Position numbers and translations under genes: made by a program
Assembly: GCA_021513715.1 (NCBI GenBank)
Contig: CP084167.1
Span: forward strand, 2,400,001-2,464,000
DNA length: 64,000 nt
DNA from: Candidatus Heimdallarchaeum endolithica
GTDB lineage: Archaea > Asgardarchaeota > Heimdallarchaeia > Heimdallarchaeales > Heimdallarchaeaceae
Direction of reading: 5' to 3'
The notes under the pieces: generated by a model
What the model was told of the DNA's origin: nothing
Databases searched by the model: none
Seen by the model: only the letters and a program-made list of their open reading frames with translations
In this document: positions 38,479 through 48,545 of the stretch, in pieces
How positions within the stretch are numbered: position 1 is the first letter of the stretch
Layout: each line of letters begins with the position of its first letter

Positions 38479-41337
38479 ATGAACTCTTTCCCTTCCTCTT
38501 CATCCTCTTCTCGGTTACGTTATTATTTTAAGCGCATTCTTTTTCATATAAAGCAAATTTTTAAGAATATTTCAAGTAAAAAGCTTAATAGTCTTATTGT
38601 CATTTTCGGCTTAGTCTTTTCTCTCACTTCTCTCTTTGTTTCTAGTATTTGGGTTGAAACCAATAAATCTCTTATTTCAGATAGTTATATCGATAGCTTA
38701 GATTACGAGATGTATGTAACTTCCTATATGCCATATCGCATGAATGAGATATATGAATTTGTTATCTCTGATCCTCTTGTTTCTCAAGCTGATTATCTTT
38801 ATCTCACTGAAGCTCTTTTCAATTTTGAAGATAAATCACCTGAATATAGATTTTTTCCAGAAAATAACCAAGAAGACCCCTCTAATCCCATTTCTATTAC
38901 CTCTGCAATTCTTTTACCTTCTTCTTCAATTAATCGTATAGGAGTTAATTTTAATCTTGAAGGTAATTTGAGTCTTCGTTCTAATGAGATTTTAATCAGT
39001 GATTTTGAAGCGATAGAGTTAGAACGTATTTATAATTGTTCTATTGTTCCTGGTATTACTCTTAATCTAGCAATAACAAAACGTATTCCTTACACTGATG
39101 GTGGTGAAGTTTACCTTAAATATTTTGATCTTAACGTCTATTCTAACTTTACAGTTGCTGCAATTTATTCAACTAACTCTGCTAGAACTATTCTCAATAA
39201 GCTCTTGGGCGGTTATGGTTCTTCTCTAAGTCCTTTAGATGATTCAATTATTTTTCCACTAGAAGCTTTTTCTTCTTCTGATCTCTATACTTTGGAACGT
39301 AATGGACTCCTACCTAAACTCCTTGTCAAAACACGTGCCGATAAGATGCGTGAAAATGGCATTTCTCAAATGGTTGATTCTTTAGCTGCTTTACGTGACC
39401 GTATTACTGCTCGTTTTTACTTCAGTAACTGCATTTTGCTTGATGATGAGATTCAATCTATGGTGGATGAGTATGGGCGTATTTCTAAATCCTTTGTTCT
39501 TTTTGTTCCATCTATTATTGTTTCTATGCTTCTTGTAATTGTTTCTTCAAATATAACTATCAATCAACGACAAGAGGAGGTTGGAATTCTAAGAGTGAAA
39601 GGAGCTCTACCCTATCAAATTATATTGTTATTTTTCTCTGAATTCATGATTCTCAGTTTTATTTCACTGATTATAAGTTTCGGATTAAGTATTCTTGTTT
39701 CTGGAATATTAACTGGCCCTAGCAATTTTTCTTTTTTCTATTATTATCTGCAGATACCTATTTCAAATATTGAATTGAATACTATTGCCGTCTTAGGAAT
39801 TTATTTAGTTTCAATGTTCCTCAAACTTTATTCGTTTATTAGTCAAGAAGTAAAAGAAAGTTTTATTATTTCTAGACGTGGCCGTCAAGCAATTAATAAA
39901 AGTCTATTTGTATTTATTTTTATTCTTCTGCTAGTAGGTTTTATTTTTGAACTTATAGACTTTAAGAAAAGTACGAATAGTTACTCGCATTCACTAACTT
40001 CTATGATTTTGAGCGTAAGACTTTTTTTATTATTTATAGGACTGATTTTACTTTTGCTTTATTTGTTATCTTTAACTTTAAATTTTGCTTTAGTTAAAAT
40101 TAAACCTGTTTACTCATTATTGCTGAAAAAATCAAGTTTCTTTATCCACAAAAATATTCAGCGACCTCGTAAATCTTTTTCCTCTTTAACACTTTTCTTT
40201 CTTATTGCTTTTTCTCTATTAAGCTTTAGTTTAGCTCTCCAGACTTCTCTTCTCAAGAACATTAATGATGAACAATACTATTTACAAGGTGCAGATCTTA
40301 GAATAGTTTCTCATTCCACTAATATTAGTTCTTTTGAAGAGAAAATAGGAAAAATAGAGGGAATTGAAGAAGCTATGGGTATATATTCCGCGACAGCTAA
40401 AATTGCTTCACTTACTATTGAACTATTTGGAGTTGAACCCCTAAAATATCTAGAGATTGGTAGGTGGATTGATGTAAGTTTTGTTAATTATTCCGCTTCA
40501 GAAGCTCTTCATAAACTTGTTTTAGATCCTTTTGGAATTTGTATAAGTGACTATATGGCAGAAAGATTAGGCTTTAGTATAGACCAGTCTATATATATTT
40601 CTGACTTCTTTGGTAGGTCTTCTTTCCTCTCATTTAATATTTCCTCTCTAATTCACTCTGCACCAGGACTAGGTTTTGCTCATGGAATTAACTCAAAAGT
40701 TGGAAGATATGTTGAAGAGTATATATTACTTAACAAGGAAATTCTCTCTACTTTTTTAGGGGTATCAAACGGTACGTTGTTTTTGGCTTCAGTTTCTGAC
40801 CCAAAAAAAGTGGATTCAATAAAAGATCAACTTTTGGAATTTGATGAAGTTGTTAGTGTTAACCCTGAAAAAATTAACCCTAATTATATAGGTTACTTTA
40901 TTCTACAGTTTATTCCAGATATATGGGCTATGTTAGCTATTTCTGTGACTTTTATCTTGATTATAAGTGTAGTATATGTATTTATGTCAATTAACCACAT
41001 ATTACGGCAAAGAAGAGAAGAGTATGCTTTATTATTAGCTCTCGGCGCCAATCCAAGGAATATTCGTAAAATGATATTCTTTGAATTAAATATTTATATT
41101 TTTGTTACACTATTTCTTGGTATACTTTTTGGTATTTTAAGTGCTTTAGGTTCACTGTATTTTGTCAAACCTTTGTTGATAACGCAAGAAATTATTCCTC
41201 TGAAACTTCATGTAAACTTTCTTCTATTGCTCTTAATTATTGTAGTTTTCTTATTTACCACTCTTTTTAGTTCTTTATCGATAATAAGGGCACAAACGAA
41301 AACTGATATCATTAATGAATTAAGAATAGAAAAATAG
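38479..41337 (+). CDS. FtsX/MacB-like ABC permease
   Basis: Duplicated RQEEVGILRVKGA / RREEYALLLALGA motifs, multiple TMs and two large external domains; adjacent to the ATPase. Confidence 0.9.
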   Translation: MNSFPSSSSSSRLRYYFKRILFHIKQIFKNISSKKLNSLIVIFGLVFSLTSLFVSSIWVETNKSLISDSYIDSLDYEMYVTSYMPYRMNEIYEFVISDPLVSQADYLYLTEALFNFEDKSPEYRFFPENNQEDPSNPISITSAILLPSSSINRIGVNFNLEGNLSLRSNEILISDFEAIELERIYNCSIVPGITLNLAITKRIPYTDGGEVYLKYFDLNVYSNFTVAAIYSTNSARTILNKLLGGYGSSLSPLDDSIIFPLEAFSSSDLYTLERNGLLPKLLVKTRADKMRENGISQMVDSLAALRDRITARFYFSNCILLDDEIQSMVDEYGRISKSFVLFVPSIIVSMLLVIVSSNITINQRQEEVGILRVKGALPYQIILLFFSEFMILSFISLIISFGLSILVSGILTGPSNFSFFYYYLQIPISNIELNTIAVLGIYLVSMFLKLYSFISQEVKESFIISRRGRQAINKSLFVFIFILLLVGFIFELIDFKKSTNSYSHSLTSMILSVRLFLLFIGLILLLLYLLSLTLNFALVKIKPVYSLLLKKSSFFIHKNIQRPRKSFSSLTLFFLIAFSLLSFSLALQTSLLKNINDEQYYLQGADLRIVSHSTNISSFEEKIGKIEGIEEAMGIYSATAKIASLTIELFGVEPLKYLEIGRWIDVSFVNYSASEALHKLVLDPFGICISDYMAERLGFSIDQSIYISDFFGRSSFLSFNISSLIHSAPGLGFAHGINSKVGRYVEEYILLNKEILSTFLGVSNGTLFLASVSDPKKVDSIKDQLLEFDEVVSVNPEKINPNYIGYFILQFIPDIWAMLAISVTFILIISVVYVFMSINHILRQRREEYALLLALGANPRNIRKMIFFELNIYIFVTLFLGILFGILSALGSLYFVKPLLITQEIIPLKLHVNFLLLLLIIVVFLFTTLFSSLSIIRAQTKTDIINELRIEK

Positions 41338-41368
41338 AAGTTGCTAATAAACATCTTGTCTTCTATTC

Positions 41369-42505
41369 TTAGACAATAAGTAGTTCCTTTCGAGCTTTGT
41401 CTAATACTTCTTCAACCATAAATTCATACGAATCTTTCCATGAAAGAGTTCTAAAGGAAAAGTTACTGGGGTCAAAGCTCTTGTTAATATAGCTTTGTGG
41501 ATCAATTACCATTATTTGAAGCGCAGGGAACATTGACCAAAGTAGATTTATTAATCTCATTTTTTCACTAGGTGGGAGAAGAATTTTCCACAAAAAACCG
41601 TCATCTGTCTGTCTAAAGTCAGAATCAAAAGGTAATGATAGATTCTGAAGGAGGTACACAATTTTGGTTAAGGCTCTAGTACCACAAATTACCTTAAATA
41701 TAAGATCATCTTGTAAACCGTAAAATTGTGGGTCGAATTTTACTAGATAGTTTCTAATGACATTTTCTTGAAGAAACTTTATTCTTCGAGATAGCGTGTA
41801 TTCAGGAATATCTAGCTCTTTAGCAATGTCTGCATTCTTTTTACTTGTATCTTCCAGTAGTTCTTTTAGAATCATAAAATCTTCATAATGCATTCTGGGA
41901 AGAATATTTTTTGCTTTTTCTCTAATTATTTTTTGAAGAGAAAAAAAAGCAGGAACGTAATCTACGCTGTCAATATTCTTTTCCCATAAATCCCAGTTAA
42001 AATTAGTGAATTCATTATTTTTTGGGTTCCAACATTCTAGATTTAATCTCGTTTTAATACCGTTTCCAATATAATACGAGTGAACAATTTCCTTGATTAT
42101 ATCATGAATTTTCAAATATTCTAAAAAAGTAAAGATGTTGTTGACTGAATTAGAGGGAATGTGGACCTTTAACATTATTCCATTTATTGCACCGTAACAT
42201 CTGCTCTGCTGAACTAGATATGGTTGAAATTGCAAAACTCTTTCTAAGACTTGTAGTTTATCTCTAGATTCTACACGTAGTAAAAAAATATGGCTTTCTA
42301 AACCTAAAGCTTCAGGATAATATTCTGCATGAAAACCCTTGATAAACCCCTTATTCATTAAAGAATTTAACCGTTTTTTTACTGTCGGCGGGCTGAGATT
42401 GACTTCTTTTGCTAATTTAGAATAAGAAAATTTTGGTTCTTGAAAAATACTTTTCAAAATGGTATACTCTTCCATTGAGAGAGATTTAGTAGCAAAAGAA
42501 CTCAT
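41369..42505 (-). CDS. Lrp/AsnC-like transcription regulator with two wHTH domains
   Basis: SYSKLAKEVNLSPPTVKKRLNSL and NADIAKELDIPEYTLSRRIKFL; start taken at ATG 42505. Confidence 0.85.
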   Translation of the reverse strand: MSSFATKSLSMEEYTILKSIFQEPKFSYSKLAKEVNLSPPTVKKRLNSLMNKGFIKGFHAEYYPEALGLESHIFLLRVESRDKLQVLERVLQFQPYLVQQSRCYGAINGIMLKVHIPSNSVNNIFTFLEYLKIHDIIKEIVHSYYIGNGIKTRLNLECWNPKNNEFTNFNWDLWEKNIDSVDYVPAFFSLQKIIREKAKNILPRMHYEDFMILKELLEDTSKKNADIAKELDIPEYTLSRRIKFLQENVIRNYLVKFDPQFYGLQDDLIFKVICGTRALTKIVYLLQNLSLPFDSDFRQTDDGFLWKILLPPSEKMRLINLLWSMFPALQIMVIDPQSYINKSFDPSNFSFRTLSWKDSYEFMVEEVLDKARKELLIV

Positions 42506-42585
42506 TTTTAGACAAGGAGATAAAAATTTGAAGTTTTTATTCTTTGTCCACAAAAAGAATGAGAATAAACAAAAACAAAATGAGA

Positions 42586-43032
42586 TTAGGCGTGGCCTGC
42601 CTTGGTCTCATCATTACCATCTAAAAGTTTCTTGAAGAGTTGAACAAAAGGCTTTTTACCGACAGCGCCAACAACATTACCTAGATATTTTCCATTTTGG
42701 AAAACTAGGAAGTTTGGTATAGAAGATATTCCAAAACGCATAGCTGTTCTTCTGTTTTCATCAACATCGAGTTTTCCAATGTGAACACCTTTATCAGCCC
42801 ACTCTTTTGCTAGTTGCTCCATAATAGGTGCCATTGTTCTGCATGGCATACACCAAGCTGCCCATGTGTCTACTACAACTATTCCTTCTTGTTTTACAAA
42901 CTCATCGAAATCGTTGTCAGTTATATTTACAGCAACTCCTGTAGGGAATTTTGCTGTCTGTTGACTTGTATTTAATAATTCTTCCATTTTCTTTCTTCTT
43001 AATTCTTCTAATGTCTCATCGTCTTGAATCAT
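42586..43032 (-). CDS. trxA: Thioredoxin
   Basis: WAAWCMPC active site; KLDVDEN...FGISSIP. Confidence 0.9.
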   Translation of the reverse strand: MIQDDETLEELRRKKMEELLNTSQQTAKFPTGVAVNITDNDFDEFVKQEGIVVVDTWAAWCMPCRTMAPIMEQLAKEWADKGVHIGKLDVDENRRTAMRFGISSIPNFLVFQNGKYLGNVVGAVGKKPFVQLFKKLLDGNDETKAGHA

Positions 43033-43305
43033 AAAGTTTCACCTACTATGTTCACATTTTTCACACACCTTATAAAATCTTCTATTAGGCAAATTTATCT
43101 GTTTAAGCACTAGAGATGAGAAACTAGTTGATGTTTTCTATTAATTACTTTCTTTGTTATTACAATAGCTATAGTCTTTTATTCCCTTGTCTGTTGTTAT
43201 TTAAATCCAAGGACATTTTACTTAATATTCTTTTTTCACTCAAAAGGCTTATTAATAAAAAAAGACAAAAGAAGAATGTAAAGAGATAGTTGAGGTTTTC
43301 TATTA

Positions 43306-44139
43306 ATGAGTGAAGTTTCAAGTCAGAAATGTCCTAGTTGCGGTGAATCTGTTCCTTTAGAATATTCTGTTTGTCCATTTTGCGGTTTTGGTATTCATGA
43401 ATACGAATTAAAACAATTTTCCTATAAGCCTAAGAGGAGAGAAGTGATAGAGCGCGCAATTTCATTCTACCGTTCTCCATTCAAGACAAGTGGAGAGTTG
43501 GGGGTAGCAACTGAAACTCGGGGCGCAAATATGTTTCTTTATTTCTTTTCAGTGTTTCTTTCTCTAAGATTGTTTTTTACAATATTAAAGGCTAATTTTT
43601 CTTTTGCAGTTTCTATTGCTCTTGGCTCTGTTGGTGATCCTCCACACCCATTTATAACTATTAAACTTGGATTCATTTTATTTTTGGTAAACTTGTTAAT
43701 TCTTCCTTTTGTCATATTCCTAATTTATAAAATTCTTTTTGTTATTGGGTCTTGGCTAATTACTCGTATTGGTGGATTAATGGGCGCAGAAATAAAAACT
43801 AAACAAGTAAAGACTATAATGGCTTACTCAATTGTTCCTGTAGTTTTGGGAGAATTTCTTGGTATCTTCTTTACACTCATTGGACCTTCTGGTGGATTAG
43901 GTAGTACCTCTGCAGTTTCTTTTAGCGAAATTTTGTCCTTCATGGAATCTTTTTATTCTTCTGGTGTGATGATCGCCTTTAAGTTCCTTATGCTAATAGC
44001 ATGGATTGTCACGCTTGTTTATTCCACAATTGGAGTCCGCACTGTTGGTAAAATGGCTTGGGTTAATGCCGCACTTACAATGTTGTTACCCTTGGGTATT
44101 TATGTTTGGTTCTTTTATATTACAGGAATGTTTGGTTAA
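43306..44139 (+). CDS. Zn-ribbon + Yip1-like membrane protein
   Basis: CPSCG...CPFCG followed by five TM segments with a Yip1-like MAYSIVP motif. Confidence 0.7.
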   Translation: MSEVSSQKCPSCGESVPLEYSVCPFCGFGIHEYELKQFSYKPKRREVIERAISFYRSPFKTSGELGVATETRGANMFLYFFSVFLSLRLFFTILKANFSFAVSIALGSVGDPPHPFITIKLGFILFLVNLLILPFVIFLIYKILFVIGSWLITRIGGLMGAEIKTKQVKTIMAYSIVPVVLGEFLGIFFTLIGPSGGLGSTSAVSFSEILSFMESFYSSGVMIAFKFLMLIAWIVTLVYSTIGVRTVGKMAWVNAALTMLLPLGIYVWFFYITGMFG

Positions 44140-44160
44140 TTTTTTATTCCTTTTTCTTTT

Positions 44161-44583
44161 TCAACCCGTATAACTTAATTTTATTTTATCTCCATCGCTA
44201 AGGTAATAGTTGCTTACTCCTACCTCAGAATAAGTCCATGATAAATTTTTACTGTTAAAATAGTAAAATGCCCAGTAATTTGGAGCTTGTTCTTCAAACC
44301 CATTTACTGCTCTTATATACACTCCAAATGGATATTGAATAACATCCAATGATGCGACCTCTGAAAAGGCATCAAAAGCCGAACTTCCCTCTTTTATCGA
44401 AATATTATAATTTTCTATTGTATAATTATTTAATGTTCCATATTCAATAGTTATTTGGCATTGTATTTCTTGTTCAGATTGATTAGAAACATTTAGAAAT
44501 TTAAAGTAATATATACTCCCCCCAATTAGGGTAGAGACTAAAATCAACCCAATGAAAGCAAAAAAGAGATGATATTTCTTCAC
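44161..44583 (-). CDS. DUF4430 (transcobalamin C-terminal-like) membrane-anchored protein
   Basis: SAFDAF...YPFGVYIRAVNG...YWAFY...SEVGVSNYYLSDGDKI; N-terminal TM; probable GTG start at 44583. Confidence 0.8.
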   Translation of the reverse strand: MKKYHLFFAFIGLILVSTLIGGSIYYFKFLNVSNQSEQEIQCQITIEYGTLNNYTIENYNISIKEGSSAFDAFSEVASLDVIQYPFGVYIRAVNGFEEQAPNYWAFYYFNSKNLSWTYSEVGVSNYYLSDGDKIKLSYTG

Positions 44584-44587
44584 TTTC

Positions 44588-45265
44588 TTATTCCTCTTTT
44601 TTAGTTCTTTTTTTTGAACTAGTAGCTTTTTTATCTTCAAAAAACCCTAGTGAGATGTAATCTATTCCTTTGTAGTTAAATGCTGTCTTAATCCAATTTA
44701 TTATTTCCTTCAAAGAACTGAATATTATAAAATTACCCAAAATGTGTATTATTGTGAAAGGTATTCCAAGAACTAGAACAGTAAAAAGGTAAGTTAATGT
44801 TATATTACTTTGAAAAATTACTAACTGTCCACCTATAGTTGTAACAATGTCGTAGAACAAGGCAAAAAAACTACCAAATACCCCAATTTCCCAGAATGAA
44901 AGATGTTCTATGATTTTTCTTAAAATTACAGTTATTAGGATAAGAATCAGATAACATACCATCTTAAATAAAATTAATATCCCTGAAGAACCATAAATTG
45001 GAGTTACAATTAATTCATAAATTAAGGAAATTGATATCATGCTAAAAATACCTGTAGACAGGCCAAATAAGATGGTTATTAAAAAAATAGTAAACGAAAT
45101 AAATTCTACATTAGGAATTAATACAGTTATTGATGAAAGAACGATTCCTAATGCAGAAAGGGAGGAAGCAGTTGTAATTTTAAGTATATTTTTTATTTCG
45201 ACTTCATCCTTTTTCTCAACGATAAATCTACTCTTTGTGGAATTAATATTATTATTAGATTGCAC
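44588..45265 (-). CDS. ECF transporter S-component (probably corrinoid)
   Basis: IPNVEFISFTIF...LFG and GIPFTIIHILGN; about six TMs; start uncertain (GTG 45265 assumed). Confidence 0.75.
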   Translation of the reverse strand: MQSNNNINSTKSRFIVEKKDEVEIKNILKITTASSLSALGIVLSSITVLIPNVEFISFTIFLITILFGLSTGIFSMISISLIYELIVTPIYGSSGILILFKMVCYLILILITVILRKIIEHLSFWEIGVFGSFFALFYDIVTTIGGQLVIFQSNITLTYLFTVLVLGIPFTIIHILGNFIIFSSLKEIINWIKTAFNYKGIDYISLGFFEDKKATSSKKRTKKEE

Positions 45266-45320
45266 TATAATCACTTTTATTATGAAGAAATGGACTTTTT
45301 TAGTTTGTTTTTGATTTTTG

Positions 45321-45860
45321 CTATTCTTCTTCTTGTGTTGAAAGTAAAGACTTAGCAATATAAATTGGTGCATTATTAAGTAATCCTAATAACACAGAGT
45401 GACTAGGGATCATTTGGAAATGTAGCGACCCTTCTACTCCCTCTAATTTTATTTCAACAGAAGCTTGATAGGCATTGGAATATGGCACTATTGCATCAAT
45501 TACTACTTTGTTTATAATACATATCTCTGAGACTAAGTCTGCAATTGTTAGTCTAGAATCGACTTCTTTTATGTTGGACAAAATTTTAGCTATCTCAATT
45601 GCGATATGTCTCGGTATACTTGACATTAGAAAGTTTGATCCATCTTCTAATTCAAAATTTAATAAAGGAATTTCTGAAAAGAAATCTAATTGTTCAATTT
45701 CACTGTTTTGCATATTTGGGGTGGCAGTTAAGACATCGATTCTTATAACTTTCAACAAATCCACATGTTCTTCTTTTGAGTCTTTTTCCATTATCATTAA
45801 ATTGATTTTTTGTGTAAAAAATTTTTGTGTAGACTCAGAATTGTAGCCTTCTTTTTCCAC
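45321..45860 (-). CDS. DUF151/bifunctional-nuclease-like protein
   Basis: IAIEIAK...RLTIADLV...VVIDAI...YQASV...PSHSVLLGLLNNAPIYI pattern. Confidence 0.6.
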   Translation of the reverse strand: MEKEGYNSESTQKFFTQKINLMIMEKDSKEEHVDLLKVIRIDVLTATPNMQNSEIEQLDFFSEIPLLNFELEDGSNFLMSSIPRHIAIEIAKILSNIKEVDSRLTIADLVSEICIINKVVIDAIVPYSNAYQASVEIKLEGVEGSLHFQMIPSHSVLLGLLNNAPIYIAKSLLSTQEEE

Positions 45861-46144
45861 TAAATTTTTATAATATAGTATTTTTCTTCCTTTGGAGCTG
45901 ATTAAGTGGACGATTCAGGGGATAGAAAAATGCTTGTTTGATTATTTAAGATCTGAACGACTAAACAGTAGACTATATAATATCATATTCCCTCTAAAAT
46001 CAAATGTCCTAGTCTTTTATCGGATGATTTTTAATTATTCTTCAAACTATAATGTAAATCCCAAGTTGTCAAATTATCAAGCTCGGCACCTATATAATAA
46101 TTATCTTTCTCAACTTAAAGAGAAAAACATTGAACATCTAAGAG

Positions 46145-48241
46145 GTGACAGGATTGAATAAAAGAAGTAAGGAAAAATATGTGGTAACATGTGCATGGCC
46201 CTATGTAAATACCATCCCGCATCTGGGTACTTTTTTACATCTACTTAGTGGTGATGTGATAACTAGGTATCTTAAAATAAAGGGTGATGAAGCTATTTAT
46301 GTAAGTGGATCTGATACACACGGAACACCTGTAATTGTTGCGGCAGAAAAAGAAGGAATTCCTCCCAAGGAATTAGCTTTCAAATATCATAATATTATTC
46401 TTAGGTTGTTAAAAGAGTGGAATATAGATTTTACTAACTATACTCATACTCACAATGAAGTTCATATCGATTTTGTTCAGGGATTCTATAAGAAAGTTCA
46501 TAAAAACGGATATTTTAAATTAAAGGAATCTAAGCAGTTTTTCTGTAATCATTGTAATAGATTTCTACCAGATAGATTTGTGGAGGGGACATGTCCCCAT
46601 TGTCATCATCAAGGAGCGAGAGGGGATCAATGTGTAAATCCTGAATGTGGAAAGATATTGAAACCAACAGAGTTAATTGATCCTTACTGCGCTACATGTA
46701 AAAACCCTCCAACATTGAAGAAAACAGAACATTGGTATTTTGATTTGCCTAAATTTGAGAAACAATTAAAGGATTTTATTATTTCTACTCCTCATATTCC
46801 TGCAAATGCTAAGCCAAAAATGCTCGATATGATTAAGGACGGTCTAGTCGCTAGACCTTTTACTCGAGATCTTAAATGGGGTATTCCTGCAGGACCTATT
46901 TTTGGAGACAAATTTAAAGATAAAGTACTTTATGTTTGGACCGAAGCAGTATTAGGCTATTTAAGTGCAGTAAAAGAGTGGGCAATTAAAGAAAATAAAC
47001 CTGAATTATTTGAATATTTCTGGAAAGATAAAAAAACAAAAACAGTTTTCTGTATAGGAAAAGATAACAATATTTTTCATATTATCTTGTTTCCTGCTTT
47101 GTTGATGGCTGTAAATGACGGTTATCCTTTGCCTTATGCAATCTCTACAACACAGTTTATAATGTTCAGAGAAAAAGCTTTCTCAAAATCCCAGGGGATA
47201 GGGTTGTGGGCTGATGAAGCAACTGCAATACTTCCAGCTTCATATTGGCGTTATTATCTGATATATACTAGACCAGAACTTAAGGACTCAAACTTTGAAT
47301 GGAGTGAATTCGCAAAAATCGTTAACAGTAACTTAAACGACACTATTGGGAATTTTATTCATCGTACAATATCTTTTATAACGAGATCATTTGAAGGTAA
47401 AATTCCTGCAAGAGGGAAGTTGACTCATGATGAGAAAAAGCTTCTAAGTGAAGTGGAAGAAAGTATTCAAGACTATATCAAAGCAATGGACAATTTTAAA
47501 CTTAAAGATGCTGCTACAATCGTTTCTGATATAGCGCGAAAAGGAAATCAATACTTATCAAGTGCTCAACCATGGCATACAATTAAAGAAAATAAAGAAA
47601 CTGCTGGGACAACATTAAACATTTCTGCTAAAATAACTGAAATATTGGCAATACTTCTGTGGCCAATTATCCCAGAAGTTAGCGAAAAAGTGTGGAAAGC
47701 TTTAGGTTTCCAAGAAGAGATACTTGAAAAAGGAATTTTTTCTATCGACATAAAAAATACTTTGGCAGAACAAAAAATCGAAGCAATTAAACCTCTGTTT
47801 TACAAAATCAAAGAAGATGATATAATTAAGAGCTTAAATGATTTCAGGAAATCAAAACAAGAGCAAAGTAAACAAAAGGAGAAGAAAAAAATGGATGAAA
47901 ATAGAAAAAAAGAGGAAAACAAAATAGATTATAAAACATTTCAGAAAGTAGAACTTAAAGTAGCAACAATAATAGAAGCCGAATCAATTGAAAATAGTAA
48001 AAAATTAATAAAATTACAAGTAGACTTAGGAACAGAAAAAAGACAGATCGTTGCAGGTATTAAGCAGTACTATAAACCAGAGGAGCTAGTAGGAAGACAA
48101 ATAATTGTTGTAGCAAACTTAAAACCAGCAAAACTAATGGGATATGAATCAAATGGAATGCTTTTAGCTGCAGATATTGATGGAGAGCCAATCTTGCTAA
48201 AACCAGATAAAGATGTACCTGATGGAACTCCAATACGTTGA
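46145..48241 (+). CDS. metG: Methionine--tRNA ligase
   Basis: AWPYVNTIPHLGT, Zn knuckles, AFSKS, C-terminal tRNA-binding OB domain. Confidence 0.97.
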   Translation: MTGLNKRSKEKYVVTCAWPYVNTIPHLGTFLHLLSGDVITRYLKIKGDEAIYVSGSDTHGTPVIVAAEKEGIPPKELAFKYHNIILRLLKEWNIDFTNYTHTHNEVHIDFVQGFYKKVHKNGYFKLKESKQFFCNHCNRFLPDRFVEGTCPHCHHQGARGDQCVNPECGKILKPTELIDPYCATCKNPPTLKKTEHWYFDLPKFEKQLKDFIISTPHIPANAKPKMLDMIKDGLVARPFTRDLKWGIPAGPIFGDKFKDKVLYVWTEAVLGYLSAVKEWAIKENKPELFEYFWKDKKTKTVFCIGKDNNIFHIILFPALLMAVNDGYPLPYAISTTQFIMFREKAFSKSQGIGLWADEATAILPASYWRYYLIYTRPELKDSNFEWSEFAKIVNSNLNDTIGNFIHRTISFITRSFEGKIPARGKLTHDEKKLLSEVEESIQDYIKAMDNFKLKDAATIVSDIARKGNQYLSSAQPWHTIKENKETAGTTLNISAKITEILAILLWPIIPEVSEKVWKALGFQEEILEKGIFSIDIKNTLAEQKIEAIKPLFYKIKEDDIIKSLNDFRKSKQEQSKQKEKKKMDENRKKEENKIDYKTFQKVELKVATIIEAESIENSKKLIKLQVDLGTEKRQIVAGIKQYYKPEELVGRQIIVVANLKPAKLMGYESNGMLLAADIDGEPILLKPDKDVPDGTPIR

Positions 48242-48339
48242 AATATATTTTTGTTTCATTAATTGGCTAATATGCTCAATTTAGCATTTTTTGTTTTTTC
48301 TTGTTAATACTAAAGAAAGAAAAATATTAAAATAAACTA

Positions 48340-48417
48340 TGGCGGGCCAGGCAGGATTTGAACCTGCGATACCCTGCTCCGAAGGCAGGTGCCTTATCCG
48401 TGCTAGACTACTGGCCC
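48340..48417 (-). tRNA. tRNA-Arg (TCG), CCA encoded, no intron
   Basis: The reverse complement GGGCCAGTAGTCTAGCACGGATAAGGCACCTGCCTTCGGAGCAGGGTATCGCAGGTTCAAATCCTGCCTGGCCCGCCA folds as a cloverleaf; anticodon loop CT-TCG-GA. Confidence 0.96.
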
Positions 48418-48545
48418 AAACTGTTGGGAGAATACGTCACAATTGATTTTTTTCGTATCTAAATAAATTATTCGATACTCATTTTTCTTTTTTGCATTTT
48501 TTTAGTTAAAAGAACAGCTTCTTCTCATTTTTGATTCTTGATGTT

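Noticed and set aside
45892-46161. 89-aa ORF upstream of metG
   Set aside because: TTG start, no motifs; occupies a divergent promoter region.
48340-48417. tRNA-Arg as the element's integration site
   Set aside because: It is 11 kb from the giant genes and embedded among housekeeping genes.
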